From assembly GCA_000004985.1 (NCBI GenBank), contig GG738915.1: a stretch of 64,000 nt of DNA; one strand, given 5' to 3'. The first letter of the stretch is position 1, and every line of letters begins with the position of its first letter. Positions 28,565 through 38,200 of the stretch are shown here, one piece after another. The stretch comes from Naegleria gruberi (taxonomy: Eukaryota). The translations under genes were made by a program, and so were the position numbers. The notes under the pieces are model-generated. The model was given only the letters and a program-made list of their open reading frames with translations. It searched no databases and was not told the DNA's origin.

Positions 28565-31037
28565 ATGAAAGAGAAGAGCAATCATTCTAAGGCTTGGTCT
28601 GAATCAACTTCATACAACGTTTACAAGAGGAGTAGTACGAATAAGCAACAACAGCCGAATCGTGATGGCCCCAACCATATGAATATTTCTTCTTTTAATA
28701 TCATCAATGGAGAGTGCAATGCTCAACCCTGCAGATTGTTTGATAGGCATCAAGAACAGATTACCAAAGACTATCTTCCAACTTTCATTAGGGATCTGAA
28801 TGCTTATATGCAAGCAAACTCTATCAATTACCAACTCAATTGTCCTCAACAACAACAACAACAGCCTCAACAGCCTCAACAACAACAACCATCATTACCT
28901 CAACAAATACCCATTCATCCAATAGATAATTCATCACTACCTGCTTCTCCATCATCATCACCAGCATCAACACCATCATCATCAATATCAAATGGAGAAT
29001 TAGGAGGACTGGACATTATGCATGACGATGAATTATTAGATAATCTTGATTTCATGGAAGTTTGGAGAGAGAATTCACTGAAAACACTAAGAAAGCAACT
29101 AACAAAGAAAAAGGATTGCTCTATTGGCAATAATAACCAGCTATCCGATCTATTGTTCGATTTATTATCATTCTATACCGATTCCAACATTTCAAAGGTT
29201 AACATGAGACGAATAGTTGATCTCTTTAACAAGTACTCGGCGATTGGAAAAAAGATTCCAACCCTAGATACTCTCATCAGTAGAATTCACAATGTCAACA
29301 ATGAGTATGAAAAGGTGTTTTATTGTTCAAAGCATTTGACAATTATTAAAGGTGAAACTCTGAAGGCTTGTTCCTGCGAGCAGTGTAGTGTTGAGGGTGT
29401 ATTGAACAAGGAGAATATTCAACACTTTTGGACTAAAAGTATTGCCTCGTGCATATCGAATATGGTTGATAGGGTAGGCTTGAGAAGATTCCAATCACAC
29501 CTATCTGCAGCTACTGATACGAACATTCCTACAGTGGGCCAGAAACATTTCATTAAGGACTGTGTTGATGGGGTCGAGTATAAGAGAATTACAGACAAGT
29601 GGGTCATTCGAGATGATCCCAACACTATTTGCCTCACCATTAGTGCTGGCACTGATGGTGGCTCTGTCAACAAGTCCAACTCTAAATCCATCAATCCTCT
29701 CTTCTTTTGGATAAATGAGATTGGATTGAAACACAGATTTTCCTATCCATTGACTTCATTGGCAGCATATGCAAACCACAAAATACCCTATCAAATACTC
29801 TTGTCCAAATTTATAGATGAACTCAATGAATTGGACAAGGGTTTGACTATTGTTACCAAGGGAGGATGTAAATTCTTTCTAAAAGTAAGTTGATTGTGTG
29901 ATTCATTGGACAACAAGCCAATTATTATTATTATATACATGTGAAACAAATAATTGGATTTGTTACTAGGTTCGCCTCTTTCAAATGATTGTCGATTTGG
30001 TTGCTGCAAAAGATCTCTTGCAAATCAATGGTCACTCGGGCCTGTGTGGTTGTAGATGGTGTCTACATACAGGAGAAAAGAAGGGAGAAAACACTGGTGT
30101 ATTGTATTGTGTAGGAAATTCGAGTTGTAATAGTGGAGTCAATAGAGTTTGGAATAACATGATGCCACAGTTTTGCAAGTTGCAAAAAAATGAGATTTCT
30201 TCCTTCGATGGTGTGATTGGCATTTCAATTCTCCTCAAGCTCAGCTATTTTAGATGGACTACTCAGGTAGCCTGTGATATTTTGCACAATCTTTTAGAGG
30301 GTCTTTGTAAAAAGATTTTGAAGAATATTTGTTCATTGTACAAGACTTTAATTCCCAGCATTGATGGTAAGTATTGTGGTGAAGGAAAAATATGAACTCA
30401 ACCCCTTGGTGTTTAACAATTGAAAGAACGCATCAAACTTATTGAAACTCCATCCATGTATCACAGAGAGATTCGTTCCTTGAATGAGGCTGCAAAGTTC
30501 AAAGCTATTGAATACTACATGTTGTTTGCCTATTGTAAGGATGTTTTCAAGAATATTATTTCTGAAAACCACTTTAACATTTTAAAAAGTGTCGAAACTT
30601 TTATAGGACTCATCATGAATCCTAGTGAGAAGAGTGAGCAAGCCAAGGCAAGTCTATTGCAAATGGCATTCAACTTGCTGCGAAGTGTGGAAATTGAATT
30701 TGGTGAGGAGGATATTACAATGGCCTCTCATACTGTTCTTCACTTTCCATTGTAAGTACTCTACTAGTTATTCAGAATGCAACAATTTCATATAATATTG
30801 ATTGTTTTAAAACAAGATCGATATGGAATTTGGGCCCTCTCTATACCAAACTCTACGTTCATGTTGGAGGATTTGATGGGCTCTCTTACTTCCTCCATCT
30901 ATGGAGGAAAGGCCAACATGGATCATAAGGCTTTGGAGAATTGGTCCATTCATCAAATGACCAGTTTGAAAAGGGTGAGACAATTCACACTTCCAATACG
31001 AACATGGTTTGTATCTTTTTTTTTCAAAGGTTGCTGA
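28565..31037 (+). CDS. Tnp2-family (CACTA/En-Spm/KDZ-like) transposase-like protein, at least four exons
   Basis: Exon A is 28565-29884, with poly-Q and S-rich N-terminal tracts, then ...ICLTISAGTDGGSVNKS..PLFFWINEIGLKHRFSYPLTSLAAYANHKIPYQ. GTAAGT lies at 29885. Exon B is 29970-30366, with acceptor ttgttactAG: VRLFQMIVDLVAAKDLLQINGHSGLCGCRWCLHTGEK. The GHSG..GC..C motif is characteristic of the Tnp2 family. GTAAGT lies at 30367. Exon C is 30427-30751: ...ASHTVLHFPL. GTAAGT lies at 30752. Exon D is 30776-31037: DRYGIWALSIPNSTFMLEDLMGSL, which is DUF4218-like. Every ORF break coincides with a GTAAGT donor and an in-phase AG acceptor. The 3' end is uncertain. Confidence 0.55.
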
Positions 31038-31141
31038 CACTCATAATGTTTAGATATTGTTAAATTTTCCAAGGGTATTTTTCAAATTGTTAAACGGTAA
31101 GTAGTTTCATGTCATGATAATGATTAATGATTGTATCACTA

Positions 31142-31251
31142 TCACCACCACCACCACCACCACCACCACATGAATATATTATTATCAATAATTCGTCGTC
31201 TCATCATCAACATCATCATCTCATCATCATCTCATCAACATCATCATCATC
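31142..31251. repeat. compound microsatellite: (CCA)n of about 9 units followed by an imperfect (CAT)n
   Basis: The sequence tcaccaccaccaccaccaccaccaccacat ... catcatcaacatcatcatctcatcatcatctcatcaacatcatcatcatca is directly visible. Confidence 0.75.
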
Positions 31252-31419
31252 AAATAGACAAAAGGAAGGAGGATGGAAATTATTAAACTTGTTGGATAAT
31301 TCAATCATGATTCAGGATCATCTTTCCACTATTGATGCCATTCCTTGCTTTGCTGTTACTGGTGGTTCTTCTAGTGGTTCTCCTCAATACCTTCCTGTAC
31401 ACAGAAATGACATGTTTCT

Positions 31420-31523
31420 ATTGTAATGTGTTGAATAATAAATTTAATGAAATATTTATTGTAATATTATATTTAATTATTACATTGTAATGACAATTGA
31501 ATATTTATTGAAAACATTGTAAT
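31420..31523. repeat. cluster of four ATTGTAAT octamers, at 31420, 31458, 31484 and 31516, with a recurring TATTTATTG
   Basis: Read directly from the sequence. Spacings are 26-38 nt. The cluster lies about 170-340 nt inside the right inverted repeat. Confidence 0.4.
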
Positions 31524-31692
31524 AACATTCCAAGTTGAATCCACTTTAATCTTTACATTTTGGGTTTTATTCAAGTCCAAATTGGTCAATTGAAAAAGTA
31601 TAATAGGCAATGATTAATTGGGATTCAGAATCGATAGAGTGTACAATAAGCTTACTTTTCAAAGAACGCAAGCGACCTCTCTTCCTGTACTC

Positions 31693-31760
31693 GTTAAAGT
31701 TAGGGTGAAAGTAACCTCCCAACGTACTTTCAAAAAAGCCTCGTACGGGTTCCTTCACCA
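31693..31760. repeat. right copy of the imperfect inverted repeat of about 75 bp
   Basis: The blocks TAAAGTTAG, AAAGTAACCTC, CGTACTTT and AAAGCCTCGTACGGG equal the reverse complement of the left copy's arms, with the core re-inverted. Confidence 0.5.
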
Positions 31761-31956
31761 TCAAACCACATACAGAGAAAATTTACAGTAATTTTTAAGG
31801 ATATTAGGTTGAACCATTCTTGATCGGGCACTTCTTAAGGAAACTCTGAGAGTATATCATTGTGAATTATTGAAGATTGTTTAAATTATTAACTACATCC
31901 CGAAGAAGGAGTGTAGAAATTGTATCATATTGTATAGATAGCTAAACATAAGAAGG

Positions 31957-33649
31957 ATGAGGAATTTTCGACAATACAAATCATCGACTGTACAGGTATC
32001 TCCACGAAATGGTGGGTACGTTCATCATCCTCATCCTCCATCAACAGTGAAACATTCAGCTGCTGATGGAATGAATGCATCTCCCAACAAGGGAGAGAAA
32101 AAGACATTTTCTGAAACAATGAGTGACAACTCTTCACAGCCCAACACTAGTGCTGTTGAACCATTGTGGCTGTATGGATATGCATACTTTTCATTGGATA
32201 AAACTATATGGGGATTGTTATTGGATTTGGAGAAAAAGTTTGATGCTGGTCAAATTGACAAGATTCAATCACTTCCTTCACCTTCATCCTCTCTTAATAG
32301 TGGTACTTTCACTTTTCAACCTCCAAAACCAAGTGTGAGGATAAAACAATTGAAACCAACAAATATTGAGCTTCTGAATCAATCATTTATGGATTATTCT
32401 AATGCCAACTTTAAAGAGTGTTTGAAGAATATTCAAATTTTGATAGAACGAAAGATTTCCATGTTTACCGACACAACAGAGGACAGATATGAACTGAATT
32501 TATCTTTATCTCTATTTTCAATTATCATTCTGAATTATTCAACTGTTTTGTCAACTCAATACCAGAGCTTTCACAACAGCATGGAACTATTGAAAGTTGG
32601 AGAAATGATGCTGAAACACTTCAAGAGCGACCAATTGAAAGATTATTTCACATCTCTATTCAGCAGTGCCATGTGTAATTATTACAAAAAAAGAAAAAAA
32701 TATAACATGATGTACAAATATTCCAAACAAGCCTATGAAATGTACAGTCAAACAGGAACAAGCATTTATGCTCAATATATTTTGCAAACGTATGCCACTA
32801 GTTGTCTCTTTCGCAAGAAGTATGAGGAAGCAATTGAGTGCTTTGAAAATAACATTTTTTTGTACAAAAACCAAATTCCAAGCACTTCTGTACAAACAAG
32901 CTTGCTAGATTATTTCAATAGAATTTTGACATTCATTTGCGACAATGAGTATTTCATAATTATTAATAAGTGCTTTAATACCTTCAATTATGGTGTGGCA
33001 CTATTTGAGACGAAACAGATGGTTCCTAGTCGATACTACCTCTTTCAAGCTATTGATATAATGAATCACCACCTCAGTTCCCACCACGATATAATTATAG
33101 AGAAACGATGGCTCAAGTCCATGATTAAGGTGTATAGAATTGTGACCTCTATTTGTGAAAACCAACCATACAATGATTGCAACATTTCCATGCATGCAAT
33201 TTTTAATAAGGGAAAACCAATGGTGGATCCACTCGAGCCAGCATTTAAAAACGAAAGGTACTATATTACCACACTGAACAAGGCAATACACTATGTCATT
33301 CTAGAAAATGAAAGACAAGAAGTTATGGCAAGAGCAGAGATTGACGCCGAGGAATATAGGAGAGTGAAGAAACTGGTTAGCATACTCCCCCTTTTGAAAG
33401 TGGATCCATATTTTGGTAAAATTATGAGCATTGAAAAATCAGTTAAGGAGAAGAAACAAACCATTCCACAGGCCATGTCCTTTGCTAAGAAAGCACTCAA
33501 ATCTTCGAAAATATTTCTCACTCCTCTAAAAAGACCTGAAGAAACAACATTGGATGAAAGTAATAATATCCTCAATAATTCATTTCTACTCGATGATTAT
33601 GGATATATTTCAAAGACACCTTCAGAATCACCAAGATCTGCTATCATTA
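31957..33649 (+). CDS. hypothetical protein, possibly alpha-helical and TPR-like; 3' end lost in gap
   Basis: Long ORF starting at the ATG at 31957 and running into the N gap at 33650. The N-terminal region is low-complexity, and the remainder is helical with some repeat character. I recognise no firm domain. Confidence 0.5.
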
Positions 33650-33699
33650 NNNNNNNNNNNNNNNNNNNNNNNNNNNNNNNNNNNNNNNNNNNNNNNNNN
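33650..33699. other. assembly gap (50 N), adjacent to the segmental duplication boundary
   Basis: Run of N characters. Confidence 0.99.
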
Positions 33700-33708
33700 T
33701 CTTCTGAG

Positions 33709-34368
33709 TGGATTTTTAGTATTAGGAGGTTTCTTTTACGTTTATGGAAATCTTGGTATATTGAATACCATACTGACTTGTCTATTTACTGCCTCTGCTA
33801 TATTGGTAGGAGTTGCTTCCAGTATGCTCCTGATAAACACTCATGTAGGTTTCTAATTATTTAAAATTTGAACAAAATCAATTAGTATTGTGGGAAATTA
33901 ATGCTGCAAACACTTGTTAATGGAAGAAAACAAGCCATGACACTTTCCTCATCTCCACCACAATTGAAAGAAAGTTATGATTTGAAAACAAGAGCCCTCA
34001 AGAAAGTGTGGAGTATCATTATTGTAGTTACACTAACTTCTGTTTTTCAGATTATTGGATTTATTTTCACTCCATTATCAATGGTGGATCATTTTATGAT
34101 GAGTGGATTTCATATATGTTACAATATATCAATAATGGTCCTTGTAGTTCTGTATTTATATTTATATGGACCTGTGAAGGAATTTCAACAATTATTCGAA
34201 AAGAGAGATTCAAAAGATTTGACAACCATTGTGACTGCATTCGATTCAACAGGATCTGAACGGATTCAGAAAGGATTAACCTTATCACATGTTTCGCCTG
34301 TGTCTCCTACCGATAGTGAAATAACCTCCAGACAGGAATTGTTTCAGATAAAAAATTCTAGGATTTAA
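33709..34368 (+). CDS. second copy of the 7TM receptor-like gene, exons 2-3 only (33709-33844 and 33886-34368); exon 1 is absent or in the gap
   Basis: Reading frame and splice sites are conserved with copy A. ORF 33901-34368 differs from 17735-18202 by two substitutions. The 5' exon cannot be seen. Confidence 0.45.
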
Positions 34369-34735
34369 CAAAATACTTTATTAAGACATGTTGAATAACT
34401 TTAAATCTGAATTATTACTAATATTAATATTCAATTCATTATGTTGCATAACAGTACTTTGCAACATTATGATGGAAACTTAAGTTGGAGCAGATTACAA
34501 CAGTGGAATGATAAGACAAGATATCGTACTCAATTGATTTCTTACTAATTACACTAATTGGTAATTATGCTTGATTCCAGTTCTACAGTATTGTATGGAT
34601 TCAAAGATTGTAAAGTTTCATTTCTATTTACTAGTATCAAACAATTAGAAAGTTGAAAATAGACTTTCAATTCTTCCACTATCCTTCTAATTATCCTTTG
34701 AATCACGACTGAAAAAATCAAAAAAATGAAAACAC

Positions 34736-35285
34736 TCATCAAGGTACGATTTTTTCTTGTTCAAAATGATGATTAAATATTATCTTTGTGTCGGAATGGA
34801 AAATTCAACTCTTATTTTCATAATTTTAATGTATTATCATGTATTTAATATATTGATAGATTAAATATTTTCCTCCTGTCATTGTTGTCTTGACAGCAAT
34901 TTCTCTCCTATTTTGTATAGTTTTGAGCTTGTTAACAGCACCAGATAGTGTTTCTAAACATTTGCCTGCCCTGAGTGAAACAGGAATATTTCCTCCTACA
35001 AAATATATTTTCACAGCATCCCTTGTGATACCATCCATATGTTTAATAGTTGGAGCAATTTTGCAATTTATTACAACAAAGGAAAAATTAACCTCATTGG
35101 ATCATCAACGACACACTTTAAATTATTGTAATGGATGTTTTAGAATGGGATGGTTGAGTATTGCATCCTGTATTTTTGCTTTGATTTCAGGATTTTGTTT
35201 ACTTGGACTTGGAATTGTGCCAATTATGGGAGGAGAAGTTATTGATGATAGTTTACTTTCGAATTCTACTACCTCTACTACTGTA
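34736..35285 (+). CDS. second copy of the Frag1/DRAM-like gene, partial: exon 1 at 34736-34753 and exon 2 from 34869, running into the gap
   Basis: The same MKTLIK mini-exon, GTACGA donor and gatAG acceptor as copy A are present. The intron carries an insertion of about 12 nt, and the coding sequence is nearly identical. Confidence 0.4.
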
Positions 35286-38200
35286 NNNNNNNNNNNNNNN
35301 NNNNNNNNNNNNNNNNNNNNNNNNNNNNNNNNNNNNNNNNNNNNNNNNNNNNNNNNNNNNNNNNNNNNNNNNNNNNNNNNNNNNNNNNNNNNNNNNNNNN
35401 NNNNNNNNNNNNNNNNNNNNNNNNNNNNNNNNNNNNNNNNNNNNNNNNNNNNNNNNNNNNNNNNNNNNNNNNNNNNNNNNNNNNNNNNNNNNNNNNNNNN
35501 NNNNNNNNNNNNNNNNNNNNNNNNNNNNNNNNNNNNNNNNNNNNNNNNNNNNNNNNNNNNNNNNNNNNNNNNNNNNNNNNNNNNNNNNNNNNNNNNNNNN
35601 NNNNNNNNNNNNNNNNNNNNNNNNNNNNNNNNNNNNNNNNNNNNNNNNNNNNNNNNNNNNNNNNNNNNNNNNNNNNNNNNNNNNNNNNNNNNNNNNNNNN
35701 NNNNNNNNNNNNNNNNNNNNNNNNNNNNNNNNNNNNNNNNNNNNNNNNNNNNNNNNNNNNNNNNNNNNNNNNNNNNNNNNNNNNNNNNNNNNNNNNNNNN
35801 NNNNNNNNNNNNNNNNNNNNNNNNNNNNNNNNNNNNNNNNNNNNNNNNNNNNNNNNNNNNNNNNNNNNNNNNNNNNNNNNNNNNNNNNNNNNNNNNNNNN
35901 NNNNNNNNNNNNNNNNNNNNNNNNNNNNNNNNNNNNNNNNNNNNNNNNNNNNNNNNNNNNNNNNNNNNNNNNNNNNNNNNNNNNNNNNNNNNNNNNNNNN
36001 NNNNNNNNNNNNNNNNNNNNNNNNNNNNNNNNNNNNNNNNNNNNNNNNNNNNNNNNNNNNNNNNNNNNNNNNNNNNNNNNNNNNNNNNNNNNNNNNNNNN
36101 NNNNNNNNNNNNNNNNNNNNNNNNNNNNNNNNNNNNNNNNNNNNNNNNNNNNNNNNNNNNNNNNNNNNNNNNNNNNNNNNNNNNNNNNNNNNNNNNNNNN
36201 NNNNNNNNNNNNNNNNNNNNNNNNNNNNNNNNNNNNNNNNNNNNNNNNNNNNNNNNNNNNNNNNNNNNNNNNNNNNNNNNNNNNNNNNNNNNNNNNNNNN
36301 NNNNNNNNNNNNNNNNNNNNNNNNNNNNNNNNNNNNNNNNNNNNNNNNNNNNNNNNNNNNNNNNNNNNNNNNNNNNNNNNNNNNNNNNNNNNNNNNNNNN
36401 NNNNNNNNNNNNNNNNNNNNNNNNNNNNNNNNNNNNNNNNNNNNNNNNNNNNNNNNNNNNNNNNNNNNNNNNNNNNNNNNNNNNNNNNNNNNNNNNNNNN
36501 NNNNNNNNNNNNNNNNNNNNNNNNNNNNNNNNNNNNNNNNNNNNNNNNNNNNNNNNNNNNNNNNNNNNNNNNNNNNNNNNNNNNNNNNNNNNNNNNNNNN
36601 NNNNNNNNNNNNNNNNNNNNNNNNNNNNNNNNNNNNNNNNNNNNNNNNNNNNNNNNNNNNNNNNNNNNNNNNNNNNNNNNNNNNNNNNNNNNNNNNNNNN
36701 NNNNNNNNNNNNNNNNNNNNNNNNNNNNNNNNNNNNNNNNNNNNNNNNNNNNNNNNNNNNNNNNNNNNNNNNNNNNNNNNNNNNNNNNNNNNNNNNNNNN
36801 NNNNNNNNNNNNNNNNNNNNNNNNNNNNNNNNNNNNNNNNNNNNNNNNNNNNNNNNNNNNNNNNNNNNNNNNNNNNNNNNNNNNNNNNNNNNNNNNNNNN
36901 NNNNNNNNNNNNNNNNNNNNNNNNNNNNNNNNNNNNNNNNNNNNNNNNNNNNNNNNNNNNNNNNNNNNNNNNNNNNNNNNNNNNNNNNNNNNNNNNNNNN
37001 NNNNNNNNNNNNNNNNNNNNNNNNNNNNNNNNNNNNNNNNNNNNNNNNNNNNNNNNNNNNNNNNNNNNNNNNNNNNNNNNNNNNNNNNNNNNNNNNNNNN
37101 NNNNNNNNNNNNNNNNNNNNNNNNNNNNNNNNNNNNNNNNNNNNNNNNNNNNNNNNNNNNNNNNNNNNNNNNNNNNNNNNNNNNNNNNNNNNNNNNNNNN
37201 NNNNNNNNNNNNNNNNNNNNNNNNNNNNNNNNNNNNNNNNNNNNNNNNNNNNNNNNNNNNNNNNNNNNNNNNNNNNNNNNNNNNNNNNNNNNNNNNNNNN
37301 NNNNNNNNNNNNNNNNNNNNNNNNNNNNNNNNNNNNNNNNNNNNNNNNNNNNNNNNNNNNNNNNNNNNNNNNNNNNNNNNNNNNNNNNNNNNNNNNNNNN
37401 NNNNNNNNNNNNNNNNNNNNNNNNNNNNNNNNNNNNNNNNNNNNNNNNNNNNNNNNNNNNNNNNNNNNNNNNNNNNNNNNNNNNNNNNNNNNNNNNNNNN
37501 NNNNNNNNNNNNNNNNNNNNNNNNNNNNNNNNNNNNNNNNNNNNNNNNNNNNNNNNNNNNNNNNNNNNNNNNNNNNNNNNNNNNNNNNNNNNNNNNNNNN
37601 NNNNNNNNNNNNNNNNNNNNNNNNNNNNNNNNNNNNNNNNNNNNNNNNNNNNNNNNNNNNNNNNNNNNNNNNNNNNNNNNNNNNNNNNNNNNNNNNNNNN
37701 NNNNNNNNNNNNNNNNNNNNNNNNNNNNNNNNNNNNNNNNNNNNNNNNNNNNNNNNNNNNNNNNNNNNNNNNNNNNNNNNNNNNNNNNNNNNNNNNNNNN
37801 NNNNNNNNNNNNNNNNNNNNNNNNNNNNNNNNNNNNNNNNNNNNNNNNNNNNNNNNNNNNNNNNNNNNNNNNNNNNNNNNNNNNNNNNNNNNNNNNNNNN
37901 NNNNNNNNNNNNNNNNNNNNNNNNNNNNNNNNNNNNNNNNNNNNNNNNNNNNNNNNNNNNNNNNNNNNNNNNNNNNNNNNNNNNNNNNNNNNNNNNNNNN
38001 NNNNNNNNNNNNNNNNNNNNNNNNNNNNNNNNNNNNNNNNNNNNNNNNNNNNNNNNNNNNNNNNNNNNNNNNNNNNNNNNNNNNNNNNNNNNNNNNNNNN
38101 NNNNNNNNNNNNNNNNNNNNNNNNNNNNNNNNNNNNNNNNNNNNNNNNNNNNNNNNNNNNNNNNNNNNNNNNNNNNNNNNNNNNNNNNNNNNNNNNNNNN

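Larger units (their letters stand above)
26288..31762. mobile_element. candidate autonomous DNA transposon of about 5.5 kb (CACTA/Tnp2-like), with two divergent genes between imperfect inverted repeats of about 75 bp
   Basis: The inverted repeat blocks at 26288-26366 and 31693-31760 bracket the psq-HTH-like ORF on the minus strand and the Tnp2-like transposase on the plus strand. An internal (CCA)n/(CAT)n microsatellite and clustered ATTGTAAT motifs lie near the right end. Target-site duplication and exact termini are not resolved. Confidence 0.35.
33700..35285. repeat. segmental duplication, copy B, bounded on both sides by assembly gaps
   Basis: As for copy A. Sequence identity is above about 97% outside the indels. 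Confidence 0.85.

Noticed and set aside
30975-31028. A possible extra intron at the 3' end of the transposase gene, with donor GGTGAGA at 30975 and acceptor ttttttttcaaAG at 31028.
   Set aside because: Splicing it yields only a 7-codon extension before a stop. That is no better than the unspliced reading, so the 3' end is left at 31037.
31127-31426. A 99-aa ORF encoding poly-Pro and a His-rich peptide.
   Set aside because: The reading frame simply translates the (CCA)n/(CAT)n microsatellite. There is no independent support.
1-35285. Prokaryote-type features: CRISPR arrays, operons, Shine-Dalgarno sites and rho-independent terminators.
   Set aside because: The sequence is clearly eukaryotic, with spliceosomal introns, poly-Q/S proteins and eukaryote-only families such as F-box, PIP5K, YKT6 and chromodomain. 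No direct-repeat/spacer arrays are present.
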